This document shows, one piece after another, positions 1 to 8,638 of a stretch of DNA of 34,894 bases. The DNA is taken from positions 1 through 34,894 of the forward strand of contig JACPAV010000035.1 of assembly GCA_016180645.1 (NCBI GenBank), in the 5' to 3' direction. Both the position numbers and the translations under genes were made by a program. Under the pieces are notes generated by a model. It ran no database searches. It saw only the letters and a program-made list of their open reading frames with translations, and had not been told where the DNA came from. Position 1 is the first letter of the stretch. Each line of letters begins with the position of its first letter. Origin of the DNA: Nitrospirota bacterium (GTDB taxonomy: Bacteria; JACPQY01).

Positions 1-187
1 CCGCCACGCCGTTGAGGGCCGCGGCCACTTCGGGGGAGAGGGGGATCGCGATGTCGAGGGGCACCGAGGCATTAGCGGGCGCTTTCTTCACCGCGGGCAT
101 GTCGAAGTTGCGGTAGCAGGAACCAAAGGTGACCAGCACAGTCCCCAAACCGAATACTGAAACGGCGCGTTTGCACGATCCGAACAT
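1..187 (-). CDS. Putative lipoprotein, 5' part only (runs off the window edge)
   Basis: ATG at 187 preceded by GGGAGG; translation MFGSCKRAVSVFGLGTVLVTFGSCYRNFDMP has a basic N-terminus, a hydrophobic stretch and a lipobox-like FGSC. Confidence 0.6.
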   Translation of the reverse strand, partial: MFGSCKRAVSVFGLGTVLVTFGSCYRNFDMPAVKKAPANASVPLDIAIPLSPEVAAALNGVA

Positions 188-245
188 TGGATTACCTCCC
201 CTTACTCGTCAGACAGGCCCCGGGCCTCGGTGATTGCATGGTGGT

Positions 246-274
246 TTTCTATCAGGATTCAAATGTGCTGTCAA
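246..274 (-). promoter_or_regulatory. Sigma70-type promoter for the leftward lipoprotein gene
   Basis: On the minus strand: TTGACA (274-269), 17-nt spacer ending in TGa, then TAGAAA (251-246). Confidence 0.55.
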
Positions 275-300
275 GTAGCTTTTCAAAATACTGTCGATAG

Positions 301-322
301 AAATGTGATGTAGATCACAATC
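301..322. promoter_or_regulatory. CRP/FNR-family binding site
   Basis: AAATGTGATGTAGATCACAATC: perfect TGTGA-N6-TCACA, 19/22 match to the CRP consensus AAATGTGATCTAGATCACATTT. Confidence 0.75.
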
Positions 323-436
323 GTGAAATACTTGGGAGTACCGACAGTTAGCACGTACTTCGGTGGAGAACGCGAGCTGGTGATTACGATCGCCTCATGC
401 AACTTGAATTTCTAGGTCACCAATAGCCGGTATTTA

Positions 437-621
437 GAGCCTCTAACAGAATGCGTAGGGGAGGGCCTTCATGCGTAGGGGAGGGCCTCCATGCGTAGGG
501 GAGGGTCTTCAGACCCTCCCGACAAGAGGGAGCACCTGTAGGTGCTCCCCTACGAGGAGGCAAGGACAAGAGGGAGCATCTGAAGGTGCTCCCCTACGAA
601 TCGGTATTCTGTTGGAGGTTC
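437..621. mobile_element. MITE-like element carrying GTAG-REP hairpins (copy 1, internally amplified)
   Basis: Terminal inverted repeats GAGCCTCTAACAGAAT / ATTCTGTTGGAGGTTC (14/16); TTA on both sides (434-436, 622-624); internal GTAGGGGAGGGTCTTCAGACCCTCCC...GGGAGCATCTGAAGGTGCTCCCCTAC; 3x 20-bp tandem repeat at 451-510. Confidence 0.75.
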
Positions 622-642
622 TTAAGGTGACATCGGCGGTCT

Positions 643-3288
643 TCAATCCCGGGGGGGGGGACTCGGCGTTGTGCCCGGCGACCTTGGCAGGGAGTCCAGC
701 ACTTCGCGGACTTTAGCGGTGAGACCCGCAGCGGTAAAGGGCTTCTGCAAGAACGGCGTTCCCGCGGCCAAGACGCCTTGCTGCACAATGGAGTCGTCTG
801 TGTACCCGGACATGTACAGGATCCGCATGGCCGGTCGGTCCACGGCCAGCCGTCCTGCCAATTCACGCCCGTTCATTTGGGGCATCACCACATCCGTCAG
901 GAGCAGGTGGATCTCGCCGGAGTGGTCCCCCGCCAGCGAGAGCGCCTCCGCGGGGCCGGAAGCCTCGATGATTCGGTAGCCGTGGCGTTCAAGAATTTCC
1001 TTGGCGAGGCCTCGGACGCGATGCTCATCTTCGACCAGAAGAATCGTTTCTTCCCCGGTCTGACGCCGTTCGCCTGCGCGCATCGGTGCGGACGCGGGTT
1101 GATCGGCTGAAACCTCCGGCCAAAACAACTTGAAGGTGGTCCCGCGCCCGGGCTCGCTGTATACGCCGATGTGGCCCCCATACTGATTGACGATTCCGTA
1201 GACGATGGAAAGCCCCAATCCCGTGCCTTTGCCACGCTCCTTCGTGGTGAAAAAGGGCTCGAAAAGGTGGGACTGCACCTCGCGGGTCATCCCGACGCCC
1301 GTATCACTGATGGCCAGCATCACGTATCGCCCGGCACGGACCCCCGCATGTTCCGCGGCGTAGGCTGAATCGAGCGTCATGTTTCGCGCTTCAATGGAAA
1401 GCTTTCCCCCCTGGGGCATCGCGTCGCGTGCGTTGACGACGAGGTTCATGACGACCTGCTCCACCTGTCCGGCGTCGGCCCGGATGTGCCCCGACCCGGC
1501 GCGCAGGGAGGAGTGGAGTTCAACGTCCTCGCCGATGATCCGCCGAAGCATGTTCTCCATGTTGGAGACGATGGCGCTGAGTTCGATCTCCCTGGGTTCC
1601 GCCACTTGGCGCCGGCTCAAAGCGAGGAGTTGGCGGGTGAGGGCGGTGGCCCTCTCGCCGTCCCCTTTGATCTCCTCCACGTATTTTCGCAGCGGATCGC
1701 TTTCCCCAAGGCGGTCGAGAAGGAGTTCGCTGTAACCGGTGACGGTCGTCATGAGATTGTTGAAGTCGTGCGCGATGCCGCCGGCGAGACGGCCGAGGGC
1801 CTCCATTTTCTGGGAGTGGCGGAGCTGCTCTTCGAGATGGTGGGCCTGCTGTTCGGCCCTCCGCCGTTCGGAGATGTCGATCGCCAGCCCGCCGATGAAG
1901 ATCGGGACGCCGGACCGGTCGGCAATGGGGTACTTGGTGACCAGCCAGTGATGGGGACCATCGTCGTGCGGTACTTCCTCCACGACTTGAAGGGGCCGGT
2001 TGGTCTCCAGCACGCGGCGGTCGTTCCGCTTGAACTGCGCGGCGGCCTCCGGGGGCCAGAATTCGTCGTCGGTCTTGCCGGCGAGATCCCCGAGGGTGAC
2101 GTGGAAGGTCTTTTCGAAATGCGGGTTCACGTACACGTATCGGCCTTGGGCATCCTTGGTGAAGGCCACGCCCGGCAGATTCTCCATGACCCGCGCGAGC
2201 CGTTCCTCACTCTCGCGCAGGGCCTCTTCGGCGCGCTTCCGCGCGGTGATATCCCGAAGGATGCCGAGGAACATTCTTTTCCCCTCCGCCCGCATCTCAC
2301 TCACGGCGAGGTCGAGCGGGAAGATTTCGCCGCTCTTGCGCCGTCCGACCACTTCCCGCCCGATGCCGATGATCTTCGCGTGTCCCGTCTCGACGTAGCG
2401 GCGGACATAGTCGTCGTGCTCGGTGTGCATGGGCTCCGGCATGAGCATCTTCACGTTGCGGCCGACCATTTCGGGCGTGTCGTAACCGAACAGGGTTCGC
2501 GCGGCCGGGTTCACGGAATGAATCGTGCCGTGCTCATCGATGATGATGATGCCGTCGACCGCCGTGTCCACGATGGCCCGCGAATGGGCCTCGGAGCGCT
2601 CGATATCGCGCACCTCGCGATCGAGCCTCCGGATCGTGGGGAGAAAGACGAAGAGAGCGGTCAGAAGCAAAACGGCGAGCGTCGATCCGAGCACCCAGCC
2701 GTTGCGCCGTTTGAGCCCCGCCAGGTGGCCCTCGGCGTCTTTCTGCCGTTCGTGCGTGAAGTGTTCGAGTGCTTGAAGCAGCGTCTTTTCACTCGCGGTG
2801 GCCATCAGGCGGCGCAGCAGCGGTTGATGGGGCGTGAGTTTTTCCTCCGGGGTGTTGCTCCACGATCTTGCGTCGTCAAGGTAGCTATGCAACCGCCGGT
2901 CGAGATCCGCGGGGGGCTGAAAAAAGATGGCGCGGGCTTTCTCCGGCAGGGCGACGGGAAAAGCGGACTCGCCCCTATCATGCACGAGACCGGCATGGGA
3001 GGTCTCCATGTCCTTGACGGCATCGCGGAGGGCCCCGCGGAGGATGCTCTTTTCCTCCGGATCGGTTTCGAATCCAAGCTGCTGGGCGAGAAGTCCGACC
3101 CTCTCCACCAGCATGCGTTGGCGGCCGCAAGCATTGATGACCGCCGAATGCAGCTCGCCCGCCCGCGTGTAGTCCCGCATGATCACATAGTTGGAGCCCG
3201 CCAGAAGCGTGAGAACGGCCAGGGCGAGGAGGGATCGGAGCGTCAGTCCTCGTGTGGAAGGCCTCCGTGCCGCAGGCATCGGATTCAC
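643..3288 (-). CDS. Hybrid sensor histidine kinase: TM, NarX/PilJ-type periplasmic domain, TM, two PAS (first FixL-like), HisKA, HATPase, receiver
   Basis: 881-aa ORF; P-box-like VINACGRQRML; FixL-like MLMPEPMHTEHDDYVRRY...IIGIGREV; H-box AGGIAHDFNNL; FEPFFTTK...GTGLGL; receiver ILLVEDE...LLLTDVVMP. Confidence 0.93.
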   Translation of the reverse strand: MNPMPAARRPSTRGLTLRSLLALAVLTLLAGSNYVIMRDYTRAGELHSAVINACGRQRMLVERVGLLAQQLGFETDPEEKSILRGALRDAVKDMETSHAGLVHDRGESAFPVALPEKARAIFFQPPADLDRRLHSYLDDARSWSNTPEEKLTPHQPLLRRLMATASEKTLLQALEHFTHERQKDAEGHLAGLKRRNGWVLGSTLAVLLLTALFVFLPTIRRLDREVRDIERSEAHSRAIVDTAVDGIIIIDEHGTIHSVNPAARTLFGYDTPEMVGRNVKMLMPEPMHTEHDDYVRRYVETGHAKIIGIGREVVGRRKSGEIFPLDLAVSEMRAEGKRMFLGILRDITARKRAEEALRESEERLARVMENLPGVAFTKDAQGRYVYVNPHFEKTFHVTLGDLAGKTDDEFWPPEAAAQFKRNDRRVLETNRPLQVVEEVPHDDGPHHWLVTKYPIADRSGVPIFIGGLAIDISERRRAEQQAHHLEEQLRHSQKMEALGRLAGGIAHDFNNLMTTVTGYSELLLDRLGESDPLRKYVEEIKGDGERATALTRQLLALSRRQVAEPREIELSAIVSNMENMLRRIIGEDVELHSSLRAGSGHIRADAGQVEQVVMNLVVNARDAMPQGGKLSIEARNMTLDSAYAAEHAGVRAGRYVMLAISDTGVGMTREVQSHLFEPFFTTKERGKGTGLGLSIVYGIVNQYGGHIGVYSEPGRGTTFKLFWPEVSADQPASAPMRAGERRQTGEETILLVEDEHRVRGLAKEILERHGYRIIEASGPAEALSLAGDHSGEIHLLLTDVVMPQMNGRELAGRLAVDRPAMRILYMSGYTDDSIVQQGVLAAGTPFLQKPFTAAGLTAKVREVLDSLPRSPGTTPSPPPRD

Positions 3289-3977
3289 TGCTCCGAAAAC
3301 CGGTAGCCCACGCCGCGCACGGTCTCGATCCGGTCGCCATATGTCCCCAACTTCTCCCGCAGACGGGTGATGTACATGTCCACCGTTCGGGTGAAGACGT
3401 CCGCATTGATCCCCCAGACCTTGTCGAGCAGTTCTTCTCTGGAGGTCACCTTCCCCCGGTGCTGAACGAGAAACGTCAGGAGACGGAATTCCGTTGCCGT
3501 GAGGGTGAGGGATGCGCCGTCGAGCGTCGCTCGGTGAGCGCCGACGTCGATGGCCAGCCCGTCGGCTTGCACCAAAGTGGCCGCCTCGTCCGGTGACGTC
3601 CGACGAAGAATGGCACGGACCCGCAGGATGATCTCCCGGGGGCTGAACGGCTTGGTCACGTAATCGTCCGCGCCGAGTTCGAAGGCGGCCACCTTGTCCG
3701 CTTCGTCCGCGCTCCCGGTGAGCATCAGGATGGGGATGCGCGAGGTCGCTTCCTCTTTCCGAAGTTGGCGGCAGACTTCCACTCCCGACAGGTCGCCGAG
3801 CTTGAGGTCGAGGATCATGAGATCCGGCGGGCGTTGGCGCGCCTGATCGAGGGCGGATCTCCCATCCACCGATTCCCGGACTTCAAAACCGGCCTGGGTA
3901 AGGGTTTCCCTGAGGAGCTGAACGATCCTTTTCTCATCGTCGACGACGAGTACCGTTTGTTTGGACTCGACAACCAT
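3285..3977 (-). CDS. OmpR/PhoB-family DNA-binding response regulator
   Basis: Receiver VLVVDDE...MILDLKL...GADDYVTKPFS; winged-helix end RTVDMYITRLREKL...IETVRGVGY; stop overlaps the kinase start (GTGA). Confidence 0.95.
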   Translation of the reverse strand: MVVESKQTVLVVDDEKRIVQLLRETLTQAGFEVRESVDGRSALDQARQRPPDLMILDLKLGDLSGVEVCRQLRKEEATSRIPILMLTGSADEADKVAAFELGADDYVTKPFSPREIILRVRAILRRTSPDEAATLVQADGLAIDVGAHRATLDGASLTLTATEFRLLTFLVQHRGKVTSREELLDKVWGINADVFTRTVDMYITRLREKLGTYGDRIETVRGVGYRFSEQ

Positions 3978-4185
3978 AACTGGGAATTCCCCTCCTGCCT
4001 CCCTGTTCGGGAGAGAGGCATGTGGGGATTCGCAGCCCGGGTCAGGCCCCCCTTTTTACCATTTTTTTACATTCGATTGAAAATCCTGTGATGCGTCTCC
4101 CGGATAATCCCTGCGTGAAACAAGGTTGGTTCCACGGCACGGCGGTCACGAGGACCGACGAAGTCGCAAACGAAGGGAGATGGCC

Positions 4186-4878
4186 ATGACGACGTGTGAA
4201 GCATGCCCCGCAACGAAGGACTGCTTTTTCTCAAGCGCCGATCCGAAGGTGCAATCGACTCTCGGTCGTCACCTGGTGCGAAACAAATACAAGAAGGGAC
4301 AAGTTCTCATTTACGACGGGATGAAGCCGCATGGCGTCTTTGTCGTCTGCGAAGGGAAGACGAAAGCCTACAAGGCGGATGAATCGGGACACCAGCTTGT
4401 ATTGCGGTTCGACGGTCCCGGTTCGCTGGTTGGGTCCAGAGCATTGGTCTCGGGTGTGCCCTACATGAAGACGATTGAAGTGGCGGACGACTCGCTCATC
4501 GGATTCCTGGACCGGGACATCTTTCTGACGCTGATCCGGATGGACCAGGAACTGGCCTTGCGTCTGATGCGGGGCCTGGCCCGACAGTTGGGCGATGCCG
4601 AAGACAAGGCGCTCAAGATGGCCTTCCACGGGGCGCACCGGCGAATCGCTGAGCTGCTCCAAGTGGGCAGGCCCGGTGTGGTGGAACGGCAAAACGGCTC
4701 GGGTCGAACTGTTTCGCTTCCCCGAAGACAGGACCTGGCCGAAATGGCCGGGCTCGCATTGGAAACGACGATCCGAACGCTCAAGCGGATGGAGGCCAAT
4801 CAAGTCATTCGCATGAAGGGAAGACAGATCACGATATTGGATCCCCAGAAGCTGGAGGCGCTCGCGGCAGCCGCGTGA
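4186..4878 (+). CDS. CRP/FNR-family transcriptional regulator with an N-terminal CxxCxxxxxC cluster (FNR-like)
   Basis: AAGGGAG SD before ATG 4186 (alternative start 4180); CEACPATKDC; cNMP-like beta-roll; HTH RQDLAEMAGLALETTIRTLK. Confidence 0.9.
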   Translation: MTTCEACPATKDCFFSSADPKVQSTLGRHLVRNKYKKGQVLIYDGMKPHGVFVVCEGKTKAYKADESGHQLVLRFDGPGSLVGSRALVSGVPYMKTIEVADDSLIGFLDRDIFLTLIRMDQELALRLMRGLARQLGDAEDKALKMAFHGAHRRIAELLQVGRPGVVERQNGSGRTVSLPRRQDLAEMAGLALETTIRTLKRMEANQVIRMKGRQITILDPQKLEALAAAA

Positions 4879-4890
4879 TGGAAAGCACCT

Positions 4891-5031
4891 AGCGTTCAGC
4901 TCTCAGCCGTCAGCCTCGGATCAGGAGGGGGATACGAGCCACGAGCACCTCCCGACGGATCGACGATTCCGTCGCGTCGTCGACCGTTCCCTGTCCGGAA
5001 GCTGAAAGCTGACTGCTGAAGGCTGAACGCT
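4891..5031. repeat. Long imperfect inverted repeat built from 7-nt TCAGCnn units
   Basis: AGCGTTCAGCTCTCAGCCGTCAGC ... GCTGAAAGCTGACTGCTGAAGGCTGAACGCT; perfect outer 10-bp IR with nested internal complementarity. Confidence 0.7.
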
Positions 5032-5039
5032 TGGACGAT

Positions 5040-6149
5040 ATGAGGTCTCTCAACCGAATTCTACTCGCCACTGATTTCAGTGATGGCGCGGGCGGCGCTC
5101 TAAAACAGGCCATTGTTCTCGGCCGCGCGTTCGGGGCGGAGGTCCATCTCATGCACGCCCTCCACCACAGTGTTCCCGAACTGGAGCGTGCCGGTCAGAA
5201 GGCGGTGCTCCAGATGCTCTGGGGGATGCAAACGGAGATCGAAAAAGCGGGAGTGAAGGCGGCCAAGGAACCGCTCGTCATGTTCGGGCGCCCGTCCGAT
5301 TGCATCCTGAATACCGCCGATGAACGGACGGCCGGCCTGATTCTGATCGGCGCGCGCCAGCGGAAAGAGTTGGGACGATTTCCCCTGGGAACGACCGCCG
5401 AGAAAGTCATCCGGAGATCGCTGAAGCCCGTCTGGGTGGTGCGACCGGATGGAAGAGAGCGTCCGGAGAAGATTCTGTGTGCCGTGGATTTTTCGGATCC
5501 CTCCAGGAATGCGTTGGTCCACGCGATCCAGCTCTGCCGCGTCATGGGTGCGAGTCTGATCCTGTTGAACGTTTTGAGCGCCGAAGCTCCGTATCCCCGG
5601 ATACCGGATCTGGGTCTCGTTCCCCTCCCGCCGGGAGACACGGCGGACGACCGCGGAAAGCGGCTGGCGGAGTTTCTGTCACCCCTTGGGCCGGCGGGTC
5701 TACACGTGGAGTTGAAAGTGGTCTTGGGAACCCCCCACGAAGCCATCCTGCACGCCGCGGAGGAATCCAAATGCGACTTGCTGGTGTTGGGATGCGTGGG
5801 ACGCTCCGGACTGAGCCGGATCTTGATGGGCAATACGGCGGAGAAGGTTGTTCGGGAAGTGCCGTGTTCGCTCCTGACCGTTCGCGAGGCGGATGGTGCG
5901 CCGATCGGCCTCGAGGGAGAGCTTGTGGATGCGGAGACGCATTTCCGGCGCGGGCGGGATCTGGCCGAGAAAGGTTTTTTCGAGGAGGCCCTTCGCCAGC
6001 TCGGCCTCTGCCTTGCCGTGGACCCCTATTTCTCCTCCGCGTACGACGTGCAGGCGGATGTCCACCAGAAGTTGGGCCACGGGCCTATCGCCCGTGTTCT
6101 TCGCGAGCAGGCCCGAATCAGCCGGGAGAACAGGGGAGCGAAAGTCTAG
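5040..6149 (+). CDS. Tandem universal stress protein (two Usp domains) with a C-terminal TPR-like extension
   Basis: RILLATDFS...LGTTAEKVIR and KILCAVDFS...MGNTAEKVVREVPCSLL; tail HFRRGRDLAEKGFFEEAL...DPYFSSAY is TPR-like. Confidence 0.9.
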   Translation: MRSLNRILLATDFSDGAGGALKQAIVLGRAFGAEVHLMHALHHSVPELERAGQKAVLQMLWGMQTEIEKAGVKAAKEPLVMFGRPSDCILNTADERTAGLILIGARQRKELGRFPLGTTAEKVIRRSLKPVWVVRPDGRERPEKILCAVDFSDPSRNALVHAIQLCRVMGASLILLNVLSAEAPYPRIPDLGLVPLPPGDTADDRGKRLAEFLSPLGPAGLHVELKVVLGTPHEAILHAAEESKCDLLVLGCVGRSGLSRILMGNTAEKVVREVPCSLLTVREADGAPIGLEGELVDAETHFRRGRDLAEKGFFEEALRQLGLCLAVDPYFSSAYDVQADVHQKLGHGPIARVLREQARISRENRGAKV

Positions 6150-6252
6150 CCCCTCCCTTCCGCCACTCCCCCCGCATTCCGCGCCCCGTGTCGACTTGGG
6201 CCCGGGGTCATGGTATCGGGGGAATTCCGATGGACATGCATCCGGCCAGGAC

Positions 6253-7527
6253 ATGATCAGGCTGTGGAGTGGCGCGACTCGCGGCCCGGCGGGGTCCACC
6301 GTCTCCGGTGCCTCCCCGGCCCGAAGAGCTCTCCTCCGCGGAGGATTCGGCCTGATTCTTCTGGCCGGATGCGATCTCCTGGCTTGGCTTCTCCTCGCGG
6401 TGTCGGCGAGATTCGGCGTGGTCTATCGGCCCATCTCCGATTTCCGGCTTCTCGAAGAGGATCGACGGGCCGTCGTTCGGCTTCTCGCGGATGGGACCAC
6501 CTATCTTGTCCACAGCCCGAGCCTGGGATGGAGCATCCGCCCGCAGGCCGCGACGCCGGACGGAATGTATCGGGCGAACTCGCAGGGGATACGGGCGGGC
6601 CGGGAGTACACGGCCCGCCCACCCCACGGCCTCACCCGAATCTCGGCCTACGGAGATTCGTTTGTCCACGGGGATGAAGTCGGCTTCGACGATACGTGGG
6701 AGGCCGAGTTGATGCGTCTCGATCCGCGCCTGGAGGCGTTGAACTTCGGCGTGATGGGATTCGGATCGGACCAGGCCTTCCTTCGGTATCGGGAAGAACG
6801 AACGAGGTTTCAATCGCAAGTGGTCCTGATCGGCTACATGTCCGAGAACATCCAGCGGACCGTAAACGTGTTCCGGGCGTTCTACACGCCGGGATACGGA
6901 ATGCCTTTCACCAAGCCCCGATTTGTCCTTGACCCGTCCGGACTGAAGCTGCTCGAAAACCCATTGCCCACGCGGGCCGACTACCGGGCCATGCTGGAAA
7001 GCCCGGGCCCCACATTGCGGCGGCTTTCGAAGGATGACGGTTGGTTCAAGTGGATGCCCCATGAGGGGAAATGGGATGGGCTTGCGGTCGTTCGATTGGG
7101 CAAGACGGCTCTGTTCTGGTATCGGCGAGTTCTGGCGCCGGACGCGATTCTGACCCCGGAAGGCGTGTACCGTCGAGGATCGGATGCGTTTGAGTTGACC
7201 CGGGCCATTCTCTCCGCCTTCTACGCCGAGGTGGAGATCCACGGAGAGTTTCCCGTCATCGTCCTCTTCCCCAGTCCCGCGGATGTTCGTCGATATCGGA
7301 AAACCGGAAAAGCCCGCTACGCTCCCCTGGCGGACGATCTACAAAAGATGAAACGGCGAGTCATTGACACATTGCCGGCGTTGGCGGGCCTGACCCCGGA
7401 TCCCCTGACCCCGGATCCAGGGGGAGGCGCGGTCAACGTGCACTATTCGGCCGCTCAGAACAAGGCGGTCGCCCGCAAGATCCTGGAGGAGATGTCTCAC
7501 TCATGGCCGGACGCTCTGAAGCCCTGA
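6253..7527 (+). CDS. Membrane-anchored SGNH/GDSL hydrolase-like protein
   Basis: N-terminal TM segment; AYGDSFVHG, NFGVMGFGSDQA and C-terminal VHYS; start chosen at ATG 6253 because the longer ORF overlaps the USP gene. Confidence 0.75.
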   Translation: MIRLWSGATRGPAGSTVSGASPARRALLRGGFGLILLAGCDLLAWLLLAVSARFGVVYRPISDFRLLEEDRRAVVRLLADGTTYLVHSPSLGWSIRPQAATPDGMYRANSQGIRAGREYTARPPHGLTRISAYGDSFVHGDEVGFDDTWEAELMRLDPRLEALNFGVMGFGSDQAFLRYREERTRFQSQVVLIGYMSENIQRTVNVFRAFYTPGYGMPFTKPRFVLDPSGLKLLENPLPTRADYRAMLESPGPTLRRLSKDDGWFKWMPHEGKWDGLAVVRLGKTALFWYRRVLAPDAILTPEGVYRRGSDAFELTRAILSAFYAEVEIHGEFPVIVLFPSPADVRRYRKTGKARYAPLADDLQKMKRRVIDTLPALAGLTPDPLTPDPGGGAVNVHYSAAQNKAVARKILEEMSHSWPDALKP

Positions 7528-8579
7528 AGCCGGCGCTTCTCTCCCTTCTCGTTCGGGGCGCTTACCTCGCCGTCGCCTGGGCTCTGAGTCCGGATTTCTC
7601 GGCCGTGGGCCGGTACGATGACTCCTCCAGCTATCTCGTGCTGGCCAACGCTTTCCAGACGGGTGAGTGGGCCGATCTGACCCTCCAGGCTCGCAAGTTC
7701 TGGCCCGGCTACCCGATGGCGGTGGCCATGTTTTCCGGCCTGCTGCACCTGTCGACGCCGACGGCTGCGATCGGGGTCTCGATCCTCGCTGCATCCGGCT
7801 CCACGTACCTGGTGGCGAGGCTGCACGGGGCCCGCGTGGCGGTTCTTTTCGCGTGCCTGCCGCCGGACTGGGTTTTTTACGGGAGTCTCATTTTCAGCGA
7901 AGCGCTGGCCACCCTGCTGATTTGGCTGTCCATCTTCCTTCTGTCAAGAACCCGGCGATACGACCTCGGGATCGGCGTGGCGTCTTTGGCCGCCCTCGCC
8001 CGGCCGCAGGGTGTATTCCTGCTTGCGGCGCTGGGGATTCAGGGCATCAGGGAGCGCCGGACGCGATCGGTCGTGATGGGAGGAGTCTTCGCCGCTGCCG
8101 TCGCGGCCTCGTGGTTCCTCTACCTCTACCTCAAGACCGGGGAACCGTTCTCGTCGCTGACCGGCTACGGCGCCGTTGGCCAGTGGCGGGGATTTCCCAT
8201 GACGATCCCGTTCGCGTCGGTGGCGCATGAATTGTTCGCGAACCGAGTCGCCTGGGTGCGAAAGGTCTACCTGGTTGGGCTTTGGGCGGTCACGCTCTGG
8301 GCCGCAGTCGTCGGAGTTCGGCGTATGAGGTCGGCCACCGAGCCTGTGGTTCAGGTGGAGTCGATCTTTCTCCTGGTCTTTGCCGCGTACTTTGCGTGTG
8401 AGAACAGTGCGTGGGGGTTTACCGCCTTTTCCCGGTTCGTCATACCGGTGTCCCCCGTCGTTCTAGCCGCCTTCGGGGAACGACTTCCACCGGGGAAATG
8501 GGCCTATGGGGTGGCGTGCTCCATCTCATTCGCGCTTGCGGTGGCGATATTCCTGAGGAGCCCCGCCGGCCCGCTCTGA
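7503..8579 (+). CDS. Polytopic membrane protein, GT-C (PMT/mannosyltransferase-like) glycosyltransferase candidate
   Basis: About 10 hydrophobic segments; YDDSSSY in the first loop, WPGYP, IFSEAL, LARPQG, RFVIP. Confidence 0.65.
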   Translation: MAGRSEALKPALLSLLVRGAYLAVAWALSPDFSAVGRYDDSSSYLVLANAFQTGEWADLTLQARKFWPGYPMAVAMFSGLLHLSTPTAAIGVSILAASGSTYLVARLHGARVAVLFACLPPDWVFYGSLIFSEALATLLIWLSIFLLSRTRRYDLGIGVASLAALARPQGVFLLAALGIQGIRERRTRSVVMGGVFAAAVAASWFLYLYLKTGEPFSSLTGYGAVGQWRGFPMTIPFASVAHELFANRVAWVRKVYLVGLWAVTLWAAVVGVRRMRSATEPVVQVESIFLLVFAAYFACENSAWGFTAFSRFVIPVSPVVLAAFGERLPPGKWAYGVACSISFALAVAIFLRSPAGPL

Positions 8580-8638
8580 GTTTTCAGAAGGAGGAATTTC
8601 CGTGAAGGGGGTGTCCCGTTCTGCTAGGATGGGCGCCA

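Noticed and set aside
451-600. CRISPR array
   Set aside because: The repeats are directly adjacent with no unique spacers, they match dispersed REP copies, and no cas genes are present.
651-660. G10 tract as a phase-variation switch in the kinase
   Set aside because: It lies in the last few codons, after the receiver domain, so slippage would change only the tail.
1486-3306. 606-aa antisense ORF (also 11630-13519, 22185-23633, 26961-28829 and similar)
   Set aside because: These are shadow ORFs opposite well-supported genes, expected from GC-rich codon bias, and carry no motifs.
4087-4102. Second CRP box upstream of the FNR-like gene (TGTGA-N6-TCCCG)
   Set aside because: Only one good half-site; too weak to call.
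5893-6252. N-terminal extension of the SGNH ORF
   Set aside because: It overlaps the USP gene by more than 250 nt; ATG 6253 before the TM segment is the more plausible start.
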